Source of the DNA: Minisyncoccia bacterium
Lineage (GTDB): Bacteria > Patescibacteriota > Minisyncoccia > Phycocordibacterales > Phycocordibacteraceae
Assembly: GCA_038212075.1 (NCBI GenBank)
Contig: JBBQUV010000005.1
Coordinates: forward strand, 9,984-73,983
Direction of reading: 5' to 3'
DNA length: 64,000 nt
The notes beneath the pieces are model-generated. The model was given only the letters and a program-made list of their open reading frames with translations, was not told the origin of the DNA and did no database searches. Positions within the stretch are counted from its first letter, which is position 1, and the number at the start of each line of letters is the position of its first letter. Positions 27,932 to 36,445 of this stretch are shown here, one piece after another. A program made the translations under genes and the position numbers.

Positions 27932-29734
27932 ATGGAAATTCGAAACATCGCGATTATTGCGCACGTGGACCACGGCAAGACAACCTTGACCGATAAAATC
28001 CTTACCTTCACCGGTGCGGCGGAGTCGGGTGTATCGATGGACTCCAATAAGATTGAACAGGAGCGCGGTATCACCATTTACTCCAAAAATGCGGCGGTTG
28101 AATACAGGGGTACAAAAATCAATATTGTGGACACCCCAGGGCACGCCGACTTTGGTTCCGAAGTTGAACGTGTGCTCCGTTCTATTGATTCCGTGCTCCT
28201 TATTGTGGACGCGCAGGAAGGGCCCATGCCGCAGACGCGTTTTGTGCTTAAAAAGTCACTTGAACTCGGTCTTAAACCGATTGTTGTAATCAATAAAATC
28301 GATAAGCCGGCGGCAAATCCCGACAAATGTGAAGAAGATGTGCTAGAGCTTTTTCTTGAACTTGGGGCAACTGATGAACAAACTAATTTTCCCGTGGTGT
28401 ATGCCATTGGTCGCGACGGTGTTGCCGCAAAGACATTGAACGATATGCCAAGCAAGGGTGGTTCCGCAAATGATCTGTCTGCGCTTCTTGATACGGTGCT
28501 CGAGCATGTTCCGGCCGCAAATACAGAAAGTGACTCCACCGAGCCACTTATGCTTCAGCCATTTAACCTTGCCTACGACAACTTCCTCGGTCGTCTTGCT
28601 ATCGCGCGTATCTATAAAGGAACGGTTACGCCAGGGCTTTCGGTATTTGAAAAAACACCAACGGGAGAAATCCGCGCTGGGAAGATAACAAAAATGTTCG
28701 GATTCAAAGGTCTTGAGCGCGTGGAAGAGCAGTCTGCAAGCGCGGGTGACATTGTGATTATCGCCGGACTTCCCGAGGTGTATATCGGAGAAACGGTAAC
28801 CACCAATGCTGACGCAACACCACTTCCTGCAATCGCGGTTGATGAGCCAACCATTACGCTCACGTTCCTCGTGAACAACTCGCCGTTTGCTGGGAAAGAA
28901 GGAAAGTTCGTGACGAGCCGCCAAATTCGCGAGCGTCTTGAGAAAGAACTTGAAATCAACGTGGGTCTTAAAGTTGATTTCGTTTCCGCTGACAATTTTA
29001 AAGTCTCGGGTCGTGGCGAACTCCATATTGCGGTGCTTCTTGAAAATATGCGTCGTGAAGGATATGAACTTCAGGTATCTCAGCCACAGGTTATTTATCA
29101 CCAAGAAGACGGTGTGAAGAAAGAGCCGTTTGAAGAAGTGATCATTGATACGCCAAGTGAATTTCAAGGCGCTATTATCGAAAAATTGGGACTTCGCGCG
29201 ATGGTAATGCAGAACCTTGTTCAGCACGGTAATCAGGTTCGTCTTACGTTTAAAGGCCCTACGCGTGGCATTTTGGGTTACCGCAATCAGTTCATCATTG
29301 ATACAAAGGGTGAAGGTATTCTTTCATCGCGTTTCGTTGGCTTTGAACCCTACGCAGGAGAAATAAAGAAACGTGTTGTTGGATCGATGATTTCTATGGC
29401 AACAGGAAAGTCGCTTGGCTACTCGCTTGCGATGCTTCAGGAGCGTGGACTTTTGTACATCACTCCTGCTATCGAGGTGTATGAAGGTATGGTTATCGGA
29501 AACACCAGCAAGGGTGAAGAAATGATGGTGAACCCGACGAAGGCGAAAGCACAGAGCAACGTTCGCTCAAGCGGTACTGACGAAGCTATCTCGCTTGTGC
29601 CCGCATACGAACTCACGATTGAGCGTGGTCTTGAAACAATGACCGAAGACGAATATTTGGAAATCACTCCAAAGAGTGTGCGCCTACGTAAGCAATTTTT
29701 GACCGAAAACGATCGCTCAAAAGCGAAGCGCTAG
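27932..29734 (+). CDS. typA: translational GTPase TypA/BipA
   Basis: 600 aa; IRNIAIIAHVDHGKTTL; DTPGHADF; NKID; EF-G-like domain order. Confidence 0.9.
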   Translation: MEIRNIAIIAHVDHGKTTLTDKILTFTGAAESGVSMDSNKIEQERGITIYSKNAAVEYRGTKINIVDTPGHADFGSEVERVLRSIDSVLLIVDAQEGPMPQTRFVLKKSLELGLKPIVVINKIDKPAANPDKCEEDVLELFLELGATDEQTNFPVVYAIGRDGVAAKTLNDMPSKGGSANDLSALLDTVLEHVPAANTESDSTEPLMLQPFNLAYDNFLGRLAIARIYKGTVTPGLSVFEKTPTGEIRAGKITKMFGFKGLERVEEQSASAGDIVIIAGLPEVYIGETVTTNADATPLPAIAVDEPTITLTFLVNNSPFAGKEGKFVTSRQIRERLEKELEINVGLKVDFVSADNFKVSGRGELHIAVLLENMRREGYELQVSQPQVIYHQEDGVKKEPFEEVIIDTPSEFQGAIIEKLGLRAMVMQNLVQHGNQVRLTFKGPTRGILGYRNQFIIDTKGEGILSSRFVGFEPYAGEIKKRVVGSMISMATGKSLGYSLAMLQERGLLYITPAIEVYEGMVIGNTSKGEEMMVNPTKAKAQSNVRSSGTDEAISLVPAYELTIERGLETMTEDEYLEITPKSVRLRKQFLTENDRSKAKR

Positions 29735-29746
29735 AACTGGGAAATT

Positions 29747-29790
29747 AAAAATCGCCGTCTTCCTCCAGGAGACGGCGATTTTGGTTTTGG
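29747..29790 (+). terminator. rho-independent terminator after typA
   Basis: ATCGCCGTCT..AGACGGCGAT stem followed by TTTGGTTTTGG. Confidence 0.6.
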
Positions 29791-29803
29791 TACGTGCCTG
29801 ACA

Positions 29804-30256
29804 TCAGGCTGTGGCGAGTCTCGCGGCACGCTGACGCTTGATGCCATCGAGGGCGTCATGTGTCGTTGCGAAAACGAGAATCCCGGCGATCGCGAGACCG
29901 ACCATCCAAACGCCAAGAACATAGGGCGTCGTGGAAGAAATGGTCGTCGAATGATTCATCAAGCGATAGATGGCCCACACGATTGTCCCGAATATGCTCG
30001 GCACACCCGTGAGGACGCCGGTATAGGCGGCCTGCTCGAGCTGGGGGCTGAATTTTGCGTCGTAGAGTGCCGGCACCATGAACCCTGCGACAGCAAGATA
30101 CACGCTGTACGCGAAGATGATGCTGAGCGCGAAGCCGATGAAGTGCAAGCCGAACAGGTAAATGAGTGCCGTTGTGTAGTAGGTGGCGACGAGTGTCGCG
30201 AACCCAAACACGCCGAGGCAGACACCGAAGACCGCCAGCAAGAAACGCGTAACCAT
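29804..30256 (-). CDS. hypothetical membrane protein
   Basis: 150 aa, 4 TM. Confidence 0.4.
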   Translation of the reverse strand: MVTRFLLAVFGVCLGVFGFATLVATYYTTALIYLFGLHFIGFALSIIFAYSVYLAVAGFMVPALYDAKFSPQLEQAAYTGVLTGVPSIFGTIVWAIYRLMNHSTTISSTTPYVLGVWMVGLAIAGILVFATTHDALDGIKRQRAARLATA

Positions 30257-30505
30257 GATAACCTCCAGATTTTCAAAGGAACAGGACGTTCCCTATGTGC
30301 CGGACTATACAACCGCCGGTGCTCCTTGACAAGGAGCGATATATGGATTATCGTATACCTAACAACTCGGCTATAGGTTTTGTCGTCTTGAGAGACTCTC
30401 GAGACCGTCCCATTCAGCCATTCGGGATGAAAACTCTCAAAGACGCGTTGTAATTATTTCGGAGCACCGCCCGCTGACGGACAACCGCTCCCTTACAACC
30501 AAGCA

Positions 30506-31846
30506 ATGTCAACGTACTATCGTACGCCCTACAAGGGCAGTGAACCCAATGATTACGCCGCAATGAACCCGAACAAGCAGGGTGGTGGACGCCGTTTCGG
30601 TGGCCGCCCAACTGCTTCGCGTACTACCGGCCCAGCAAAATTTAGCCGCCCATCGTTTGGTGGTGGAAGCCGACGCCCATCAAGTGGTGGCGGAAACTTC
30701 GGCAATCGCGGAGGTGGAGGTGGTCGCGGACGTGGTATGTCTGGCGAACGTATCGACGTTTCTCGTTTTATAAACAAAGCGGCTCCCGTGGCAGATGTAG
30801 AGGTATTCGTACCGAAGCATCAGTTTATGGATTTCCCACTCAACGAGCGCATTCAGCGCAACCTTGCTGACAAGGGATACAAAACGCCAACACCAATTCA
30901 AGACCAAGCTATTCCTGCTGTTATCGCCGGAAAAGATATTGTTGGTCTTGCCAACACAGGAACCGGAAAAACTGGTGCCTTTCTTATTCCGCTTGTGAGT
31001 CGTGTTGTTGAGAATCCTCAAACGCGCGTACTTATTATGGCGCCAACCCGTGAGCTTGCCGTGCAAATTAACGAAGAGTTCCGCGGATTCTCGCGCACCC
31101 TCTCGCTTCAGGCGGCAATTTGTGTTGGTGGTGCAGGTATCAACTCACAGATTGCGGTACTTCGCCGTCATCCTGCATTTGTTATCGGCACACCAGGACG
31201 TCTTAAAGATCTTATGGAACGCCGTGCGCTCGACATCACGCAGTTTGACACGGTCGTACTCGACGAGGCTGACCGCATGCTCGACATGGGATTCATCGCA
31301 GATATGCGCTTTATCCTTGCAAAGATGCCGGCTAAGCGCCACACGCTCTTTTTCTCTGCGACTCTTTCGCGTGAAATTGAACGCCTCATTGGTGAATTCT
31401 TGAACGATCCTGTCCGTGTTTCGGTAAAAACTCGCGACACTGCGGCAACGATTGACCAAGATGTTGTCCGCGTTGGAAACGGCGAATCAAAGTTTGAAGT
31501 ACTCGTTTCGATGCTTCAGACTCCGGGCTTCTCTAAGGTGCTTGTCTTCGGACGCACAAAGCACGGTGTTGAGCGTCTTTCAAAAGACCTCGTTCGCCGC
31601 GGTATTCGCGCTGAAGCCATTCACGGCAACAAAACACACGGAAGTCGCATCAAAGCACTTGATCTCTTTAAGAAGGATCACGTGCAGGTACTTGTGGCGA
31701 CCGACGTTGCCGCGCGCGGCCTCGACATTTCGGGTGTTTCGCACGTCATTAACTTTGACTTGCCGAACAGCTACGACGATTATGTGCACCGCATTGGCCG
31801 AACCGGCCGTGCAGGGGCAGTAGGGAAGGCACTTACCTTCGTATAA
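30506..31846 (+). CDS. DEAD-box ATP-dependent RNA helicase with N-terminal Gly/Arg-rich (RGG-like) extension
   Basis: Q-motif FMDFPL..GYKTPTPIQ; motif I ANTGTGKT; DEAD; SAT; HRIGRTGRAG; the first ~95 aa are GGRRFGG/RGGGGGRGRG low complexity. Confidence 0.85.
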   Translation: MSTYYRTPYKGSEPNDYAAMNPNKQGGGRRFGGRPTASRTTGPAKFSRPSFGGGSRRPSSGGGNFGNRGGGGGRGRGMSGERIDVSRFINKAAPVADVEVFVPKHQFMDFPLNERIQRNLADKGYKTPTPIQDQAIPAVIAGKDIVGLANTGTGKTGAFLIPLVSRVVENPQTRVLIMAPTRELAVQINEEFRGFSRTLSLQAAICVGGAGINSQIAVLRRHPAFVIGTPGRLKDLMERRALDITQFDTVVLDEADRMLDMGFIADMRFILAKMPAKRHTLFFSATLSREIERLIGEFLNDPVRVSVKTRDTAATIDQDVVRVGNGESKFEVLVSMLQTPGFSKVLVFGRTKHGVERLSKDLVRRGIRAEAIHGNKTHGSRIKALDLFKKDHVQVLVATDVAARGLDISGVSHVINFDLPNSYDDYVHRIGRTGRAGAVGKALTFV

Positions 31847-31856
31847 CAGACCGTAA

Positions 31857-31890
31857 AAGAAAAAACCCGCAAGAACTTGCGGGTTTTTTC
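31857..31890 (+). terminator. rho-independent terminator after the helicase gene
   Basis: AAAAACCCGCAAGAACTTGCGGGTTTTTTC. Confidence 0.75.
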
Positions 31891-31929
31891 TATATGGTAT
31901 CCTGTCCGCATTGCTAATTTTGAGAACCT

Positions 31930-32631
31930 ATGGAAAACAGCTCATTTATGGAACGGTACCTAACGCCAATCGCAGTGCTTGTTGGCGCAGTTATTTTGTC
32001 ATTTGCGTATGTGTATGGTCATGGCGGTACGCCAGCAGGAACCGATACCACGGGCGGGCAACAGGCCGCGGCGGTAGATATTAAAGACGTGAAAACCGAT
32101 GGGGATCCGTACGTCGGCGACGTAAACGCTCCGATAACCATCGCGCTTTGGTTTGACTACCAGTGCCCATTCTGCAAACAGTTTGACCAGACGGTGATGT
32201 CGCAGGTATACGACAACTATGTGAAAACAGGAAAAGTGAAGATTGTTTTCAAGGATTTTCAGTTCCTTGGGCAGGATTCAGATACGGCGGCAGAATTTGC
32301 GCGCGCTGTGTGGGAACTCTATCCGGATAAGTTCTACACGTGGTATCAAGCAATGTTTGTCGCTCAGGATGCCGAAGGCGACCAGGGCTTTGGCGATCTC
32401 CCTTCTATCCAAACAATGACCAAAACACTTGCTGGTTTTGACGTTGATAAGCTCACGGCACTGGTGAATGCAAAGAAGGCAGCGTATGACACTGCTGTTG
32501 CGGCAGATCGTAATGAAGGCGCTTCCTTTGGGGTAAACGGTACACCAGCGGTACTTATCGGCACCAAGCTTCTTTCAGGAGCACAGCCATACACCAGCAT
32601 CAAAGCACTCATCGACGCCCAGATTAAATAG
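31930..32631 (+). CDS. DsbA-family thiol:disulfide oxidoreductase (exported)
   Basis: 233 aa; N-terminal signal-anchor; CPFC active site (YQCPFCKQF). Confidence 0.75.
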   Translation: MENSSFMERYLTPIAVLVGAVILSFAYVYGHGGTPAGTDTTGGQQAAAVDIKDVKTDGDPYVGDVNAPITIALWFDYQCPFCKQFDQTVMSQVYDNYVKTGKVKIVFKDFQFLGQDSDTAAEFARAVWELYPDKFYTWYQAMFVAQDAEGDQGFGDLPSIQTMTKTLAGFDVDKLTALVNAKKAAYDTAVAADRNEGASFGVNGTPAVLIGTKLLSGAQPYTSIKALIDAQIK

Positions 32632-32705
32632 GTGTTGGAAAAAGAAGAATGCCCCACTCGCGAGTTTCGCGGGTGGGGCATTCGCCGTTTCGAGATGTTG
32701 GCCAC

Positions 32706-33185
32706 TCAGTTGTTTGTTCGTTTGAAGCACGTAACACCCGTTCGCCACGATCGCAGGATGCTGTGGACCTTGTAGATGGTGGGCAACAGGCGCTCGTGGT
32801 CGGGATGGGTGAAACAAAACGCCATCACGAACAACTCCTTCGTGGTCTCGTTTCTGACGAAAAAGAGCGTGGCGTCTTTCCGTCCCGTCTGGAAAAGTTC
32901 AGGGTGCACAAGCGCATGGCTTGCAATCCAACGCATCTGTTGCGGTGTTACGCAGACAGATTCGTAGACTTCGATTTCACCACCGAGCATATCGACGATA
33001 TCTTCATTGTCGGGCTCATGCCGCACCGGAATGAAGCTTTCAACCCAACATTCGGCGGTGGCAGGGAATGTGTCCGGCAACCATGCTGGGATGTTTGCGT
33101 CCGGCTTGATAAACGGTGACTTCGGACTTTCTCCGAAGACTTCTGCGCTCGTCATCGCAGGTAAGGCTGGTATGTTCAATTTCAT
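32706..33185 (-). CDS. hypothetical protein
   Basis: 159 aa; protein-like composition (the opposite-strand ORF 32649-33119 is not); no motif recognised. Confidence 0.35.
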   Translation of the reverse strand: MKLNIPALPAMTSAEVFGESPKSPFIKPDANIPAWLPDTFPATAECWVESFIPVRHEPDNEDIVDMLGGEIEVYESVCVTPQQMRWIASHALVHPELFQTGRKDATLFFVRNETTKELFVMAFCFTHPDHERLLPTIYKVHSILRSWRTGVTCFKRTNN

Positions 33186-33241
33186 AACGATGTCCCTCTT
33201 GAATTATCGCCAAGCAAAGCCTTGGTCTGAAAGCACTATAC

Positions 33242-33275
33242 TTGACATTTTTACTTTATGCAAGTGTGATATAAT
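33242..33275 (+). promoter_or_regulatory. putative promoter with extended -10 (TGaTATAAT) for the PAP2 gene; TTGACA 22 nt upstream (non-optimal spacing)
   Basis: TGATATAAT at 33267-33275; TTGACA at 33242-33247. Confidence 0.35.
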
Positions 33276-33325
33276 CGCGTTATGCGAATGCATACATTCA
33301 GACAGCTAGGTGCACATTGTCTTTT

Positions 33326-33892
33326 ATGATCACCCTCACTCTATTTGTGTCGTTTGGTATCTTGACTGCCGCCGTGCTCCTTGCGCCGCGTGCAGTACAA
33401 CACATTGATACCGCGATTGAAAAACGTCTTTCCTTTTTTGCCACGCCACGCTGGACGCGTTTTTTTAAACCCATCACGTTCTTCGGAAGTGCGGGAGGCA
33501 TTATTGGTTTCGCTATTCTCGCAACGTTCACCGCCCCGCTTGATGTGGTTGTCATGACGAAGCTCGTCGTTGTGCTTGGCGGAAGCACGCTTATGGCACA
33601 AATAGTGAAGCAGGTGGCCGCACGAGTGCGGCCGCGTGAACACGCGTGGCTTCCACCATTTCCTCAGTATTCTTTTCCAAGTGGACACACCACTGCGGCA
33701 ACGGCGCTCTATGGATTTCTCGGTTTGTTTTGGTACGCTCTATTTCCGTTACCGATTTTTCTTATCGTTGCCATCGGTATTATTCTTGCGGTCGGCTTTT
33801 CCCGTCTTACTCTGTCTGCCCATTTTGCGCTTGACGTACTTGGTGGATTTCTCCTTGGGGGGTTCTGGGTAGCACTTGCGCTGGGATTGTAG
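33326..33892 (+). CDS. PAP2-family phosphatase (phosphatidic-acid / undecaprenyl-PP phosphatase-like)
   Basis: KQVAARVRPR, PSGHTT, SRLTLSAHFALDV = the three PAP2 motifs; ATG 33326 preferred over TTG 33317. Confidence 0.8.
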   Translation: MITLTLFVSFGILTAAVLLAPRAVQHIDTAIEKRLSFFATPRWTRFFKPITFFGSAGGIIGFAILATFTAPLDVVVMTKLVVVLGGSTLMAQIVKQVAARVRPREHAWLPPFPQYSFPSGHTTAATALYGFLGLFWYALFPLPIFLIVAIGIILAVGFSRLTLSAHFALDVLGGFLLGGFWVALALGL

Positions 33893-33953
33893 TTATACAC
33901 AGGAAGGATAAAACCACCCGTGGTATAGGTAGGGGACACCTAACTTTTGATCT

Positions 33954-34415
33954 ATGAAACTACTCATTAATCGTATGAGCCGCGCGTGCCTCAATCAGGC
34001 ACTCGGGCTTTTACTTATTCGTGTTCTTACGGGCGTTATCTTTCTTACCCACGGTGCGATGAAGTTCCAAAATTTGGCCGGTACCGAACAATTCTTTAGC
34101 ATGCTTGGTCTTGCTACAGTGTGGGCGCCTATTGTTGCGGCATTTGAAGTGGTTGGAGGACTTATGCTCATTACCGGTGTCATGACTCGTGTCGCTGGCG
34201 TATCGCTTGGCGTCATTATGCTATTTGCCGTTTTTCTTACTGGCCTTTCTCGCGGTATTGCGGCACATGAACTTGAGGCACTTCTTTGTGCGGCATCGTT
34301 CGGGCTGGCACTCACTGGCTCCGGTCGTTATTCCGTATTTGCTATGGAGTGTCGCGATTGTAACGGAATGCTCTGCAAACCAGGTGCGGAACACTGTTCG
34401 GGCAAGAAAGTATAA
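33954..34415 (+). CDS. DoxX-family membrane protein
   Basis: 153 aa; LIRVLTGVIFLTHGAMKF DoxX signature; C-terminal Cys-rich tail. Confidence 0.65.
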   Translation: MKLLINRMSRACLNQALGLLLIRVLTGVIFLTHGAMKFQNLAGTEQFFSMLGLATVWAPIVAAFEVVGGLMLITGVMTRVAGVSLGVIMLFAVFLTGLSRGIAAHELEALLCAASFGLALTGSGRYSVFAMECRDCNGMLCKPGAEHCSGKKV

Positions 34416-34975
34416 TGGCATATAGTCTGCTTGCGATTTCAGGAAGCTTGCGCAAAGATTCCTATAACACCGCACTTATTCGAGCGTGGAAGAAGTTTGC
34501 GCCGGAGGACGTAACCGTCGAGATCGTTGACCAAGAAGACATTCGGGTGTTTCCGCCCTACGACGGCGATGTTGAAACCGCCAATTACCCAAGCGTCGCC
34601 ACGGCGCTCAAGGAACGTATACGAAAAGCAGACGGGCTCTTAATTGCAACACCCGAGTACAATCGCTCCGTTCCTGGTGTATTGAAAAATCTGCTTGACT
34701 GGACGACGCGCCCGTACGGAGATAATCCGTACAGTGGCAAACCGGTATTTGTTATGGGCGCCTCAAGTGGACCTATTGGTACCGCGCTTGCGCAATACGA
34801 TCTTAAAAAAATTCTACTGTACTTCAATGCGCGCGTGCTTGGCCAACCGGAATTTTACTGCGGCGTTGCAACGGAAAAATTTGATGAGACGGGAAATCTA
34901 ACCGACGAAAAAACAAAAGAATACATTGCGCACGGGTTTACTGAATTTACGGCATTCATAGACACGCTTCGGTAG
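34415..34975 (+). CDS. NADPH-dependent FMN reductase family protein
   Basis: 186 aa; LAISGSLRKDSYNTALIRA flavodoxin-like motif; TAATG overlap with the DoxX gene. Confidence 0.7.
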   Translation: MAYSLLAISGSLRKDSYNTALIRAWKKFAPEDVTVEIVDQEDIRVFPPYDGDVETANYPSVATALKERIRKADGLLIATPEYNRSVPGVLKNLLDWTTRPYGDNPYSGKPVFVMGASSGPIGTALAQYDLKKILLYFNARVLGQPEFYCGVATEKFDETGNLTDEKTKEYIAHGFTEFTAFIDTLR

Positions 34976-34998
34976 GGCATCTGCTAGAATAGCCTTCT

Positions 34999-35631
34999 GT
35001 GATTACGAGCATTCTTGCGCATAAACTGTCCTACTTCGGGATGTTTTTTCTTCTTGCGGGCTCGGGGCTTATTGCGCCTGTTCCGGAAGAAATAACGCTT
35101 CTTGCGAGCGGGTACTTTGTAGCGATTGGGCTTATTGACCCACTGCGCGCTATTCCTGTTGCGATGCTCGCCATTTTAACCGGCGACTCCATTTTGTTTT
35201 TTCTTGCACGTACCGGTTCACAGTATGCAAAAGGAGTGCATGCACGTCTTGAAAAATACGGGTTTGAAAAAACCTGGATATTTTCACCAAGCCACCCTTT
35301 GCGTGCAGTGTTCATCATGCGTTTTTTCACCGGACTACGAATGATTTCCCCGGTGTTTGCCGGCTTCAACGGCGCCACATGGTTTGGATTTATCGCTACC
35401 GACCTTGCCGCTATTGCGCTCTATGTGCCAATACTTTTTTATCTCGGGTTTCATTACCACGCAAACTTTCTTGAATTTGTCGGTATTTTTGAACTGGTAC
35501 GTCACGTTCTTTTCTGGAGCATGATTGCGTTTGTTGGAGGGGAAGTGTTTACTTCGGCACCTGCCGTACGCCGCTTCCTTGTACGTGTTACCGGTTGGGG
35601 CGCAAAAAATACGAGCGACCATAATAAATAA
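34999..35631 (+). CDS. DedA / SNARE-associated (VTT-domain) membrane protein
   Basis: 210 aa; GxxxPxPxE-like block GSGLIAPVPEEITLLASGYF. Confidence 0.5.
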   Translation: MITSILAHKLSYFGMFFLLAGSGLIAPVPEEITLLASGYFVAIGLIDPLRAIPVAMLAILTGDSILFFLARTGSQYAKGVHARLEKYGFEKTWIFSPSHPLRAVFIMRFFTGLRMISPVFAGFNGATWFGFIATDLAAIALYVPILFYLGFHYHANFLEFVGIFELVRHVLFWSMIAFVGGEVFTSAPAVRRFLVRVTGWGAKNTSDHNK

Positions 35632-35971
35632 GGAAGCCAGACAAAAAGGTGTCTGGCTTCGGGGGTTAGTGGGATGGGATGGTGGTTGCTGCAGTTGCGG
35701 CAAGTTGAGAGGCGATTGTTGCGGAGATTTGGGCTCCATGAAGAAACGCAATAATCGTGGTCTCAAGTTGGGCAAAAATAGCAGGAACAAGAACTCTGAG
35801 GGTGATGATGAGGATACCAAAACCGACGGCTTGGAAAATCGGCATAGATTTTCGAAGTGATGGGTAAGCGGTGCAGGTGAGTGCATCGCGAGACAACGTG
35901 GGTTGTCTCTTTTGGATCCTGTGTCAAAGCCCTTCCACCCTCTATAACGCATTGAGTGGTAACATGGTTGC

Positions 35972-36439
35972 ATGGAAAAGGGCATATTCGCGGCAGGGTG
36001 TTTCTGGGGCATAGAGAAGGCGTTTTTGGATGTACCGGGAGTGACTGACGCTGTTTCCGGCTACACGGGCGGTCACATTGAAAACCCCACCTATGAACGG
36101 GTGTGCTCGGACACTACCGGACATGCAGAGGCGGTAGAGGTAACCTTTGATCCTGAAAAAGTAACGTATGAAGCACTCGCGCGAAAATTTTTCACCATTC
36201 ATGACCCCACACAGTTGAACCGCCAAGGGCCGGATGTGGGAAGTCAGTATCGCTCGGGTATTTTCTATCTGAATGACGAACAAAAACAAATTGCCGAAAA
36301 GGTCAAAACAGAATTGACGCCGAATTTTTACCCAAAACCAATCGCAACGGAAATTACCGCCGCAACAACATTTTGGAGGGCAGAAGAATACCACCAACGG
36401 TATTTTGCGAACCACCCTAACGCGGTGTGTCATATTTAG
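35972..36439 (+). CDS. msrA: peptide methionine-S-sulfoxide reductase MsrA
   Basis: 155 aa; GCFWG active site; GYTGG; full-length match to the MsrA layout. Confidence 0.9.
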   Translation: MEKGIFAAGCFWGIEKAFLDVPGVTDAVSGYTGGHIENPTYERVCSDTTGHAEAVEVTFDPEKVTYEALARKFFTIHDPTQLNRQGPDVGSQYRSGIFYLNDEQKQIAEKVKTELTPNFYPKPIATEITAATTFWRAEEYHQRYFANHPNAVCHI

Positions 36440-36445
36440 TTGCGT

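Noticed and set aside
28343-29227. 294-aa minus-strand ORF (and 28078-28539, 28612-28995)
   Set aside because: They are antisense to typA, which is unambiguous over its full length.
30553-30777. 74-aa proline-rich minus-strand ORF
   Set aside because: It is the antisense of the Gly/Arg-rich (GGN/CGN) N-terminal coding region of the DEAD-box helicase.
32649-33119. 156-aa plus-strand ORF overlapping the 32706-33185 minus ORF
   Set aside because: Its composition (R/S/H-rich) is less protein-like than the opposite strand. A divergent promoter at 33242-33275 points away from it.
35335-36012. 225-aa minus-strand ORF
   Set aside because: It overlaps the DedA-like gene's 3' end and the msrA start, and has a P/S/R-rich low-complexity composition.
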